DNA of 61,325 nt, the filler included, from Rhabdomonas costata (lineage: Eukaryota): NCBI GenBank assembly GCA_019059605.1. It is 15 parts of 15 records of this genome, joined end to end, with 100 filler letters (N's around TTAATTAATTAA, not from the genome) between each part and the next. Parts side by side here need not be neighbours in the genome. Positions count along the whole stretch, not along the records: positions 12,355 to 16,350 come from JAHMHO010000412.1; positions 16,451 to 20,451 come from JAHMHO010000413.1; positions 20,552 to 24,553 come from JAHMHO010000414.1; positions 24,654 to 28,643 come from JAHMHO010000415.1; 11 more parts are not named here. One strand, 5' to 3'. The notes under the pieces were generated by a model that saw only the letters and a program-made list of their open reading frames with translations, had not been told where the DNA came from and ran no database searches. This document shows positions 12,999 to 25,882 of the stretch, piece after piece. Positions within the stretch are counted from its first letter, which is position 1; each line of letters opens with the position of its first letter. A program made the position numbers and the translations under genes.

Positions 12999-15900
12999 AG
13001 CAGGAATATTCCTCCACCTGGTCACCGCTCCCGCTCCGTAGGCCAACGCTCCCCTCCCGTCGACCAATCCCAGGCGAGTGGCCATGTTGCACCCGCAGCC
13101 ACTTTGCAGGGAGCCTCCTCCGTTACTCCTTCCTCGTTCGTTCCAAAGTGGCCAAATGTCCCTCCACCCCCCACGCCTCCACCTTTGACTGCAGTATCGG
13201 GTGCCTGCTGCGTGCAGCAGCCACAGAATGGGTCGAAAAGTGCCCAGCAGCAGCTCTCAACACCGCATCCCTCAAAATGCACCTCATCGGTGGCGCAGCC
13301 TTTTGTACCCCCTGTCTCCTCAAATGCCCAGCAACAGCGCTTCACTCCTCACCCCTCGGAGGGTGCACCAACGGCAGATATAGGGGAAAGTAGCCGCAGG
13401 GAACCCAGGAGCGTTGACCTTCCCCCGCAAGAGCAAGTGCCCTTCCTTTCCTGCTCCTTGGGTGACCTGCTGCTGCGCATGGAGCAGAGCTGTCGTGCGG
13501 TGGACTCTTTGACCTCGACCGTTGGGGTTCTGTGCAGAAGGCTCGACCTGCTCCACAAAGTGGTGGTGCAGCTGGTTCCTCGGGGGGCCGCAGTTCTTAC
13601 TCGGGACCTGTCGGAGGGTTGGAACGAGGTGGTAGCAGGCGTGGCGGTCCCTCCGGCAAAGCCAGCGGCAAGCTGCCTCGTGCAGGCTCCAGCGAAGAAT
13701 CAAGTGCACCCCCTCCAGCCTCAGTCGCCCTCAGGCTCCGCACCAACGCTACGCTCATCGTCGTCTGATTCTTCCACGGGAGCGTCAACTGCGGTTTTTT
13801 CGCCGCAAAAGCCGGACCCCACTGGTCAGCGATCCGCAAATTCAGTACCTGGCTCCGAAGTTGCTGGAAGAGAAGACACAACAGCACCTCCCTGCCGTGG
13901 GGAAACCCCTGCCATGAGTCCAACAACGGGGCCTGTGGGTTGCAAGACTGCAGATGCAGGAAGAAGCACGGAGATCATTGACTATACTCGCGCTGACAAG
14001 GTAAAAATGGCCCTCACTTCGTTTATGGCGCGGCCTCATCGGCGTACTTTTATGGAGCTTCGCTTGGTAGACATTCCCCCGAATACACTTCTGGGCGAAT
14101 GCGCCAAGCTGGGCAGCGGGGAGGCTCTGCTCGCGGGGTTTCAGCTGGCGTTTCATCACTTGGAGCAAAATACCAATCCGACAGCTTTTATAAAGAGGTG
14201 CGCTTTATTTTTCAATTGTTGTGGTGCCTGATAAAAATATTGTCCGTGCTACCTAGCAATTGAGAGGAACGTGGTATAAAGACCGCCACCGATGGGACAT
14301 ACAGGGGTTGCAGTGTTGTCAAAGAAGTCTCTTGGTGTCAAGCATGCGTCAGGAAAATTGGTTTTTTGTGCATTTGAAGCTCCTTGTTTCAGTTGTTTTA
14401 GGTTACTGTTAGTGGGATGCACCTATATATATTTTCGAGATGTATGGGTGACATTGACTTGAATTTTTGCCCCGCAATTCTGGGTGTTTTTGTTTTATGC
14501 GCCCGACTCCTTCCATCGCAGTGGCGTGGTCGTTCCGCCAACCCCCACGCATCAAATGTGCACATCGTTTGCTTCCTTTACCATTGCTGGACTTTAACTT
14601 CAGCATTGGTGTGGTTTCGTTGGGAAGAAAAATTCATCTGACTTTTTTTATGTTCATGTTCATGAATTTTATGTTCAACTTCACATGATTTCTTAAAGGC
14701 TGGTCTCCACTGAGGAGTATGCTATGCTGGAGAGTCTTGCCCTTGAGAGGATCCGGCCGAACAGCTGCATGACCTACTTCCAGCTGAGAGCTATTTGCGT
14801 TCTTTCTGCATCGCTAAGTTTAAAGATTGCAGAGCACGTCTTGACTCGTCCTGGGTCAGACATCACCACATTCTTTGACGGTTTGTTCTGGCATCAGCCA
14901 CTGCATGGCGACAAGTTGTTCAGCTTTCTGGAAAGCACATATTCTGGAGTTTCACTCGAGTTTCTGCTCGAGCGCTTTGCAACGGACAAATCCGTATGCC
15001 GTTTTCTGTTTGATTGATCTTCTGGTGTTTGAATTCGGTATAGATACTAGTTTTCGTTGGTTTTGTTTAAGTATCATTTTTACTCTTCAAGAAAGAAGTT
15101 GGGCAGTATGCTTGCAGTTTTTTCTTTTCATCGCTGTTTCTTCTGCAGATGCATTTGCATCGGAGGTGTTGGGAGGCTATGTTTGAGGCTGCCGGGAAGA
15201 GCTTTGCGAGGTTAATGCTACCGGACCTGGCTGGCGCTGTTGCTCTTGTTCGGAAATATACCGCAGGGTTGGGTGAGCCGGCTGTCCGATTAAAAAAGCT
15301 GCTGCTGCCTGCTTTTTCCGCGCTCGGTCTGGAGGATATGGCGCGGCATCGTCTTCTGAGCCACTGGTGCTGGCTGCACCTGCCCGACACGAAGGATCCG
15401 AGAGGCACTCCCAGTCTGAAATTCTGCGAGAATGTCTTAGTGGTTCTTGCAGCTGCCTCAGAAAACAAGATGCTGCTCACGCAACTCTCCGATGCACTGG
15501 CCAGCAAAATAGGCGCCGATGAGTACGGTTTGATTCTGGGGACATCGGAACCTAAGAAGGTGCTTGCCGCTGTTCCTGGAGTGCTTGTCGGTTGTGTCAA
15601 TGGTTTTGATTTCTGCTGGTGGAAGTCTGCAGCGACCATTAGTTCGATTCTTCCTATTCATTCCTCGTCTCCTGTGATTGGCATGAGTCATTTAGGGCAA
15701 CCAGCGCAAATTCTCACGGATAGTGGCTCTCGGAGTAGTGCACTCTGTGGGTTATCTTCTAGAGATACCAACAACCAGCTGTTGACTGCCGGACTTGCTG
15801 AAACTGCTGATATTTTGTCGACTTCGTTGCTTCCGGCATCCGCGCCGTGCGCTACGCAAGGAAAAGGGCTGGAGGATCCTTCACCTTTGGTTGGAGACCC

Positions 15901-16342
15901 TTTTTCGATGAATGACTTCCCAGGTTCTTCCCCGAATATGGGTGAGGTTGAGTCCTCGGCATTTGAAGCGAAAGCACAGAGTTCAGGTGATTCCTTCGCA
16001 ACCCCTTGTCAGTTCTCAGATGATCCGCCGAAAGTGGTACCACTCGGTTTGGGTGCATCTGATGTCACAGTGGGCAGCAAAACGTCGAATTCGGATGCCG
16101 CCAAGCCGCTCTCCGGCGCGACAGAAGAACCGTCATACTGCTCGGCTTTTGACTTTTTGCCCACCGCTGAACTCAGCTGTGCGCCTCCTCTCCCGAAGGA
16201 TATGATGAATGAACTGACACTTGGCCACGACGCTATGCTCGAACGTGCGTGCGGTTACGGCTCTGTAGCATCCGATGACGCGTCTCGTCTCCCAGAAGGT
16301 CGCAGTCCTGTTCCAAAATTGCAGAGTGGTTCCATGTCCACG
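12999..16342 (+). CDS. Large intron-containing protein of unknown function (partial); exons 12999-14197, 14699-14993, 15149-16342
   Basis: Three long ORFs are joined by phase-consistent GT-AG introns (ag|gtgcgc..aag|g; tcc|gtatgc..cag|atg) and end at a gtatga donor. Pro/Ser-rich flanks surround a Leu-rich, probably helical core. Confidence 0.75.
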
Positions 16343-16468
16343 GTATGACANNNNNNNNNNNNNNNNNNNNNNNNNNNNNNNNNNNNNNNNNNNNTTAATT
16401 AATTAANNNNNNNNNNNNNNNNNNNNNNNNNNNNNNNNNNNNNNNNNNNNGTGGTTTTGTTTGCATAG

Positions 16469-16522
16469 GCGGTGCTAGTCTTCAGCTGCTTGATGGGCTT
16501 TTTTGTAAAAGAGATGGCTTGA
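16469..16522 (+). CDS. Probable terminal exon of a membrane protein (AVLVFSCLMGFFVKEMA*)
   Basis: tag| acceptor near the contig start, 17 mostly hydrophobic codons, then TGA. Confidence 0.3.
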   Translation, partial: AVLVFSCLMGFFVKEMA

Positions 16523-17379
16523 GTGTTATCCGTCATGCGTGTCCGCGGCCCACAAGGAGTAATTCCTGCGTCCCGCTTATCCTTGTGGTGTTGTGCCTTG
16601 TCCAAAGAATGGGGCCGCCCCCGGCCGGCGCGCTATTCTCTACGCGCGTGCCGGAAAGGAGCATCGCCAAATCACCCGTAGCAAACCAGTGCTTTGTTCC
16701 CTGCGCGCGTTAAGGTTTGTTTCAGTTGCTCCGGGCTGGGGCTTTGACGCTTCGGAAGTCCTAAAGGCTCTGCGCATCTTTTGTCCGGGCCGGGATGATC
16801 ATCATCTTGGAAGGAAATTCTTCTCGAGGTGGAAAACGCCTCGTTGAATCGCCCGCCGCCTTTGTGTCCGCGGTGTTACGGCCCGGCTTGCAACCTCACC
16901 ACTTACGTGTACCAGCGTCTGCCGGTGGTTCCACTGGGCTCGGTGTTCAGCAGCCTTATCCCGACTATGCTTTTGCAAAGTGGGTGCTGTCCCGGATTAC
17001 CTTGGGTGCCACCAAGAGCGTGACTCGGCCTCCTGCTCTGCCTATTCACGGGGGCTTGTTGGGTGCAAGCCGGCTGGGACTTACGCAGCAACAGTGCAGG
17101 CACAGCAGCGTTCACAACCACAACGGCAACAGCTACGATTCACACACTTCTACCACCCTCTGAATTTTTGCGCCGGATCTTTCGCCTACGCTCTTCTCCC
17201 TTGCAACCTACTTACAACTCAAAACCAACAGAACAAAGGAAATAAAAGGTCAACCCCTTTGATCAGCCTGTCCCAACCCCATTTCGTCTGCAGCGAAACT
17301 TTAATCCAACAAAACGACCACTCTGACCCAAAAACCGGTCCAGATAATTTGCAAACTTCGATGCAGTTGAATTTCTTCT

Positions 17380-20300
17380 TTTGAAGAAGTCATCTTTCAT
17401 TGAATTCCGACACTTGCGACCATTCTTGTTACTTTCCCGAATTCTTCTGTCTTCTGTGCAACTCTCTTGTGCAAAACCTTCTTTCCGATGCAACTCTGCC
17501 GCTTTACTCTTGCAACCCTTCTGCCTCTTGCCTTTGGCCCTCGGCAATTTCTTACCGAGCTCCTCTTTTCTTTGACTGTCCTCCCTTCGGAACTTCTCTT
17601 CTGCCACTGCGCTGCTGCTTTCTGCTGTTCTGCTGCTTCGTCACCTGGAATCTCCTCCTCTCTTGTCCTTCTCTCGCTGAATCGACCGGGCTTTTGCCCA
17701 ACTTGGATCTCCGGGTCGGCATTCTCTCCATTACTCTTTCCCGTATAAAATTTCTCTGCCTGACGGCTTTTCTCTTATTTCGAGGGTTGTGGCTTCCATT
17801 TGTACCAAAACTTCCCCCTCTGTCTCCCGCCTTGCTCTTCTAACTTCTCCTCGTTTTACTCTTCAACGAGACTCTTCCCCCAAATTCGTCCTGCAACTTG
17901 CCTTCTCGGCTTCCCTTCGCTTCTTCCTTCTCTTTTATTTGCGCTTACCTCGGCCTGGGGCGTCCTCCTCGCTGCTTTGGCTCCTCCTCCCGCTGTCCCT
18001 ATGCTCTGCCCCGTCTGTGTTTCCCGCTTGGGTGGGCACTGTTGGCCGTGGCCTCGCGGCATCAACCTGCACTCTTTGCTTCTACTCGTTCCGTTGCCCT
18101 GCCCTCCCCTCCGGGACTGCTCCCAGGACTCTCCGCGCACTCCTTCTCCACAAGTCCCGCAGCCACTCATCAAACTCTTCCTCCCCAGCTTGCTCGTCAA
18201 AAGCATCCTGAAGCCATGTCGTACTCGACACCTGCGCTCTGCACTTTCTTATTTCTCTTCGGCGCTCGCCTTTTCACTCACTTTTCTCCTCTCAAAGGTC
18301 AGCTCCCCACAAATGTCTTCCATCTTTCCTTGCAACTTTCTTGAAAGCTAAGCTCTTGAGCCTCTTCTGCCTCTTTGCAAGTTCGACGCTTCTGCTCTCA
18401 ACTTGAGAAAACTTCATATCTGCATCTCACTTATCTCCTGAGATTTCACTGATTCTCTCTTCTCTCTCACAACATCTGCAACAGTTCAGATCTAAGCTGT
18501 CTTTCAGTCAATGCAACTGATGTTCTGTACAAAGACACAGATCCGGTAAAGCCAAATCTGAGCTCAACATTCCATTACCGAATCTTTTTCAAAACCACTT
18601 AGATGTCACGAAACAACTTCTCTTGCAAGCGTGATACCTAACTGTACTGATCCGTTACACGCGGTGGCAGGCACGTAAAGTTACAGGCCATTTGTCCCAT
18701 TGATGTAAAGTAATGTCTCCTCCGCCTGGAGGCTAAGTGTCTTGTGGGGCAACAAGCTAAAGCTGCCGCCCAACTTCACCACCGGCATGTCGGCTTTGGT
18801 CTTTAGGGTGCTGTTAAAGCTGTTATTCTCCGCGTTCTGGACCAACACTCCACAGAACCGACCCCACAAAACCCCACACCATCTGTACAATCAAGCAAAC
18901 CCATTGATAAGTTCAAACACACCGAAAGACTCGCATTGACTCGAACCCCAGCACCATCACCACAAACCACATCACCACTTCCAACTACCGCGCCAGCACC
19001 ACAACCACTGCACACACCAACGTAGCCGAATACTACCATGCGAAAACTGGTGGTTGCCATTCCATCGCATCCAACAAACGATAATGCAAGACCTATTAAC
19101 AGGACCTCGTAGAGAACCATACCCGCAAAGCCGTCACCACACTCCACAACATCGACCCCATCCACCAAAGCACCGTCAGCACCATCCACTACATCCCACC
19201 AGAACGTACCACGAAATCATGCCCACACCCACCAAACGTATCCATCCCAACACTACAACACCAAAGATCGAATTCAAAGACCCAACGACGCCCCTATGCA
19301 GAAGGACAGAAGACGAATGCCGAAACAGGATACGCTACGCTTGTGCGCACACGAGAATAAACAGAAACAGTACACAAAGACAAACCACGAATGCAAAGAC
19401 GCACTCGAATTAACGAAACCCATGAAACCATCGAATGCCGAATGCCGATACCATTACGCATATCCCTACGCATAGCAGCCAAGACCCAGACCACCATTCC
19501 ATAAATGCGACACCTGAAACCGAAAAAAGAAAGCAAGAATACCAACCCCAAAATCCACGCGTGGACTCACTCATTAATGTCAGATAAACGCCAGGTAACC
19601 TGGACTGAGCAGGTGGCATTCTCCATCACTAAGCCGCCAAGATACACGTGTACCCACTGCTGCCGATTACTACCACAGGTGGTAACAGAGGGATGACAGC
19701 ATGACACTACCCTTCCGGTGGTGTGAGTGGTGCGAGCTGTGGGAGTGGACCATGAAGTGAGGACCTACCTCCGGTGCCACGAACCACCATATGACGCACC
19801 CGTAATGCCTACCTTTCACTTCCTCCATGCCACACATACTATCGCAGATGCCCTCCATACACTCTACTAATCATGGCTCCTGTTTCGCAGACCCATTCTA
19901 TGTGACCATTCACCGAAGCGAGAATTGAACGGCAAGCATCCACGAAACACCCTGATGATAAAAGATCCAAAGGTGAAGCACAATGGTACGGATTATGCAA
20001 AGTGGAGTCCTCCGATGACAACGCGCCAGGAACCCCCATTCTTTCTCTACCCGTGCAAGCCTCCATCCGGTCGACACATCATACACCTTGAAACCAGGAA
20101 TTCAGGACTGACCACCACAGACATGGTACCCATGAATGGCCAAGAATGCCTTCACATACTTCGTGGATTTTGCTACGCTCCACCTGCGTACCTATGGCAG
20201 CTGCTGATATGTAAAATGGCCTCGCCCCACCTCTTACCCATGATGGCCAACCTAATCCCAAGGCAGCATCTTTACTCGAGCTACGCCCGGTCGGAAGGAA

Positions 20301-20400
20301 CATGATGGGCACAGACGATGGGAAGGGACTATCATGAGAGCAAGGAGACAACCATCGAAAGTGTGAAGGAGCGACAATGGAGCGACCCAGATGATTCATA
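17380..20400. mobile_element. Heavily decayed retroelement-like sequence
   Basis: Strong strand-compositional skew and many short interrupted ORFs with no splice pattern. Faint chromodomain-like TDYAKWSPPMTTRQEP near 19985-20035. Confidence 0.35.
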
Positions 20401-20555
20401 GGGGTCTAGGTTTTGAACTTGGTTCAGCACTCTACTCGGGTTTAAAAAAACNNNNNNNNNNNNNNNNNNNNNNNNNNNNNNNNNNNNNNNNNNNNTTAAT
20501 TAATTAANNNNNNNNNNNNNNNNNNNNNNNNNNNNNNNNNNNNNNNNNNNNGGGT

Positions 20556-20657
20556 TTGGTGACGTTTTAGGCATGCAAATAGATCCCAATGAGAATCTGC
20601 CTGAACTTTGACACGGTTCCTCATTGGGATCTATTTGCATGCCTAAAACGTCACCAA
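20556..20657. repeat. Perfect 38-bp inverted repeat with 26-nt loop at contig start
   Basis: ttggtgacgttttaggcatgcaaatagatcccaatgag (20556-20593) is the exact reverse complement of 20620-20657. Confidence 0.95.
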
Positions 20658-20984
20658 TTGCGCAGGTACTATTCGGATGATCCGGAGAACCTGCAGTCAG
20701 ATGACTAAAACGCCTTCAAATCCCACTGTGGGCCGTGTCAAATCATTCTTGCAAATCATCCGTGGTCCTAGTTGGACGAGGTACTTGACAAAATCCAAGG
20801 TGATTGGAGCAGGGTGCTGTTGTTTGCACCGCACTGTCCGGATGCCTCGTTGTGTAAAAAGCTGAAAATACTGAGTAGAGGTCTTCAATACTGGAAGCAA
20901 CCTCTGTACTTGGAAGAAAATGACACGTCGAGGCGACTACCTCCTTGGCCAACTGTCTTCTCATGGATCAATTCAAGAGACTAA
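20626..20984 (+). pseudogene. Retrotransposon-type N6-adenine (Dam-like) methyltransferase remnant
   Basis: One frame reads WDLFACLKRHQLRRYYSDDP..*NAF...ILANHPWS*LDEVLDKIQGDWSRVLLFAPHCP. This parallels the DLFA / NPPW-type motif IV / VLxKI / APxWP pattern of DIRS-type MT domains. Two in-frame stops. Confidence 0.6.
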
Positions 20985-21131
20985 GAGTACACGTGGAAAG
21001 GCATATGCTACTCTTGTGCCCCTCGATTGAGCAAGTGGGCGCTGTTCGCTCTTTGTGGTAAGGCATTTGCCGCTCATATGCTCCCACGTCGAGTTAATGG
21101 CATCAATGTCGACTGGACTTGATGGTGTTCT

Positions 21132-23460
21132 TTGAGGCAACTTTCTCAAAATTCGAGACTATTGGCCATTATGCTGCCATTCTGCCGGCGGGCGGCCCAT
21201 AGGGACCGCCGAAATGATATCATCAAGACCTTTGAGGCAAGTTTCGCCGAAAAAAGCGCCATGGTCAGCATATTTGGCAGTTTCGTGGCAAAACGTGATA
21301 TTTGCCCAAAAATGTGGGTACAAAACAAGGGTGCAAGGGACAATGGACAATGGACAAGGTGAAAATTGGAGACGGTATGTGCTGAAGGCACTTTTATTGG
21401 ACCAGATTTGCTCTCATAACCTTCTGGGCTTCGACGAAAAGACCGAAAGGACACCCATGTGACAGCACCCATGATGACCAAGTTCTTTCATGGAAGGCGC
21501 CGCTTGCATTCAGGTCTGTGCTGCCCTTTTTCCTCTAGAAGTGCAGTCCTAGCTTTCTTATATAAGAATTTCTTTATTAGCTTTGTTTTGCGGCCAATGG
21601 AGTGGAGTGACACCTCGGGCAAAGCAACCACAATCCAGAGTTACCCACCACTCCTCCCAACTCCTCCTGTGTATCCGGGTCGGGACCCAGACACCTAAGG
21701 GCTTATGAAAGGGAGCAGCGGCAGCAGCAGCGCGGAGAAAACCCCAGAAGGCCCAGGTAGCAGCGCTCCACCCACAGACACTTGGGCACACCTGAGGGCT
21801 GCAGGTGGCCAGGCGGAGCCCCCAATACACCCTACAACACCCCCCAGAAAATTTAAGCTGTTAAAGGAGTTTTTCCAACAGTTTAGAGTCGGAAAACCAC
21901 TCATTAATAATCCGATTCGGACGAAGCTTTCCGTAATAAATTCATGGTGGGGGATTGTATCACAAACCGGCTTGGTAACCGGCTACCAAGATGGCTGCTA
22001 CGCCCGGAAACACGCAAACCCAAGACCGGTGGATGCGCACCACAGGGGACCTGGATAAAGTCCCCCATAGCATAGCCAATGGAATGAAGCAGCTCTTCAT
22101 GGCGAGTAAAATACAAGCAGGAAAAATGTCCACAACAACCCAGTCGGTCAAAAGGCGCCCTAGGTATGGAATGCCAAGCCCCTTGGGGCAAATGATCCCG
22201 GCCCACCGTGGTATGGTGCCGTCGCTGTTTCCAACGAAAGGTGATTGCAGCCTTGCTGTGCTATTGCCTCCTTCCGGGACCTTGTAACCGCTGTTCGTGG
22301 CTATGCTTGGTGCTTCTTTTGATTCCTCTTTTTCAAGGCCCTTCAGAGCCCGAAATTAGCTAGAGATAAGGGTAACCACGTGGCAAAGCACAAAAAAATT
22401 GGGTTTATTTTATACTTTTGTGCGTTCTAAATGGGCATGTGTGGGTCGACTTTGTCCTGAACCGAAAATATATATATTTGATTGTTAATCTTTCTTTGGG
22501 GTCACCTCTCCCCAAATACTCTGGCAAACTGTCGTGATCCAAACAGGTCACCAATCCCCCAAATCCTCTAATGTGGTGTGCCGTTCACCTGCCGGGGACC
22601 TAATCCGTCAAAACTGCCAATTCGGAGCCCTCATGGTACCACCGGCTGAGTGATCCCAATATGACCATCCACACACACACACCCGTTGCCGCAATTAACT
22701 GTCAAATTAGTTATTGTGTGTGTGTGATCAAAAAAACGCCTTGTTGGGGTTGGATTGGACCCTCGTTCGCCGGGTTGGTGTCCCTCCCCTTCCTCTCCCG
22801 ATCCGATCCGATTTATTACCTATTGAAGTAAACAAAAAAAGGCAGAACAAAACAAGAACCAAACCGAGCTCTTAGGGGTCAGTTTCTTCCTCGGTTCAAT
22901 TTGTAAATAAGGGAGAAGCAATCGAAAAGAAGCCTGGCGGTAGGAGGGTACGCTTTGGATCACCACGGGTCGGTTTCAAATCTGAAACCGGGCATCTATA
23001 TAATATCCTTTGGGGGTCCTTTGGAATGGCATTTACCCGTTTTCCTGCGGATCGGCTCGCGTCCAGGTCCGATCGGTTTCTCGGCTCTTTCGGGTGTTTG
23101 GGGTCGATCGGGCGAAAAAAATGTGCACACGGCCCTTCGGCCGACAGTATTTTCCCTCGCGGGCGTATTATTCTACCATGCGTTTAACGAGGCCATTTGG
23201 CAAAGAGAAGGTTTCGAACTTTCCATTTGCCAACGAAGCCGCTCGCCACGTTCCGTCCTTGTCCTCGGCACACACGCTTTGGCGTGTTTGCCTCCCTCCG
23301 TTTGTGTGTTTGTGTTCTTCATCTGCTTCCCGTGGTTTTTGTTCCAAGAAGTTTATTGGATATTGCTTCCAAGTCCCTGGGTGGAAAATTCCAATCGGGA
23401 TAATCAAAACTAAACGCATCATAGAGAAGTGGAAAAAAATACGTCCAATCTTAATCTTAG
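21132..23460 (+). mobile_element. Decayed DDE integrase fragments (LTR retrotransposon)
   Basis: Degenerate zinc-binding-like stretches (AH...KT...FVAKRDICPK; DAHHRGPG...KQLF...PLGQMIP) and a core-like VDRAKKMCTRP...FCSKKF, with many frameshifts. Confidence 0.45.
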
Positions 23461-25187
23461 GTTAAATACGGCTCCGGGCAACGCGACCTTGATCGATCAT
23501 GTGAAATACCCGGGGGCCTTTCTTTCGGGAAACTTGAACGAAGAAGGCCTATACAAATTCAGTTTCATGGGTAGGTTTAATCAACGCGGTATCACGGCTT
23601 AGGGTGCAATAATGGGGGCAAGTGGGGTACCAATGGTAACAGATTTTACTACGGGAGGATGTTTTAAAACGTTGTTTGAGGTCCCCAGGTCGTATCGGCC
23701 CCGGGCGCGGACTGACATTCGCTCCTAAACTAATGCTGTCCTGATCGTCCGCCCATATCCCAGCAATTGGCAAGCCCTCAGACAGCAGTAGCTTGCTAAC
23801 CAAAAGCATTCAAAAACATTCGTCTGAGAGGCGCCGGCAAAGCTCACCTAATCTCCCTTACACAAAAATAAAGCCACTACGAGACTGCTGGCATACTTCC
23901 GGAATACTGCCGGCATACTTTACAAGCCAGTTTTCTGTCACCACGGGTAACCGGTACCACTCCCCCTCCTCCAACTGCCATTGGGCCCGTATCACGGAAT
24001 GGCAACGTGCGGGGTCCAGCGTGGATTCATACTCACTCGAGCCAATGACCCAATCTCAACAACAGCACTGAACTCTAACTCGCCAAATTCACGCCAAGTT
24101 TTGTTATAAACTACTTCCGTTTGTTAGGAGCCCCGATTCCCTTTTCTAAAACTCCTCGAAAGTACCAAGTCCATTTCAAACATCACAGGTGGCATTGCCC
24201 GAGGATAGGTCATGAACAAGCCCCGTGGCGCGCAAACGGCTCTGGGCACTTGTGCATTCAAAAATGCTCTATTGGAGGAGGGGAAAGGCAATCGAAAGTG
24301 GCACATTAGGGAAGACGACTGTACAATGCGCGACGAGGACAGAAACAAGCATGACGATCTTCTGACGACCGTAAGACAAGAGGACGCAAGCAATTCCGGA
24401 TAACGCAACGTATCAAGAAAAGCACGATACCTGTGCACATACAGAGCAAGTCCGGTTTGCTTTGTGCATGTGGGCGGTGAGTAAACCGAAGAAAGGTGAC
24501 AACACTACACCCAGGGTATGTTGTACCGTAAAAAAAAAGTAGTCACAAAAAAANNNNNNNNNNNNNNNNNNNNNNNNNNNNNNNNNNNNNNNNNNNNTTA
24601 ATTAATTAANNNNNNNNNNNNNNNNNNNNNNNNNNNNNNNNNNNNNNNNNNNNCCCGGAGAGGTGCTGTACTGGAACACCAGCCTGATTTGGATAAGGAT
24701 GCGGTTGTTGGAAAAAGAGAGGGAGCTCGCGTTTCTTGAAAGGGAGGAAAATCACCTCGTTGACAAAACCATACACACACAAGTAAGCACATTCCCGATA
24801 GAAGGCATTTGAGCACCATCACACTGCGTGTCGCCATTCCAAGGTGATCTGGCGCAACGATGCGATTAGCGGTAATTGGGAGGATGACAATCTATACATC
24901 CAGGCAATGATTCACAGGCTGTCGTTGATGCACCGCGGCTGTGAGCCCCAACGCGCACTGCTACTCGAGCGCGGACGCAGTGCGAACGAGGCACGAATCG
25001 ATGAGGAGCCCGACTGAACCCCCACCTCAGGATGCACAGGGGTAGTATTTTCCTGGTTCGTTATATCGCCATCGTCTTCCCTTGAGGAGGTGGCAGTAGT
25101 GACGGCGAGGCCTCCATTAAGAAACATAAATTATGCTCTCAATCCGACGGTGATTCTTAATCGCGATGCGCACACCCGAGGCAGCAC

Positions 25188-25345
25188 AGGTTGAAGCCCA
25201 GGCTGTTGTCTGGCTTTGCCAGGGCCTGCAGCATCCGATCGACGTACTCCGGGTGCTCCGTGAAGATGAAGTACAGCTCCGGGTCCGGCACAGTACCCCA
25301 CAGCACCAGGCCCTCCGGGGGATCCATGCCCCCACTCCCAATGGA
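25188..25345 (-). CDS. Exon of an unknown gene (MDPPEGLVLWGTVPDPELYFIFTEHPEYVDRMLQALAKPDNSLGFNL), possibly a first exon
   Basis: ctctcag| acceptor at 25346, ATG at 25327, GC3-rich codons, and donor ct|gtgctg. Confidence 0.55.
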
Positions 25346-25882
25346 CTGAGAGCATCCCCACGCTCACCCGTCCAAACCCTCACCCGTCCAGCACACCGAC
25401 ACTCAAACCCTCACCACAAGGACAGGCAATGTCATGGGTGACAATGGATGTGTGCAGGTATGGTCACTGGCATGTTGGCGCAATGGCGTGGATGTCGGGT
25501 GGCTCTCGTCTCAGGCAGGCCCAGATGACGCAGGCCATCAAAAATCGCCTTTCAGAAGGAGAGACACGCTCCGGGTCATTGCGTGAGCTCTTGGACACAA
25601 AGCGATGTGGCCGAAAGAAACTTCGCGAATATATCTTCCAAACGATGTCAGCAGGAGCCGAGGACTGAGGACAGGCTTTGCCATAAAAGAAAGTGAAACA
25701 GAGGCAGAGGGCTCAGCCGAAGCTAGCCTGGGGTCTTTTTATAAACAGCAGTTCTCTCGAAACGCATAGAAAAAGTATGCGCACAGAATCACTCAGCAAA
25801 AACAAATCTGACACACCGCAAGGGCATCCTGGACAAGCCCCAACAGGGTGCCGCCGTTGCGGCCGGTGCCGCCTGGGCTGAG

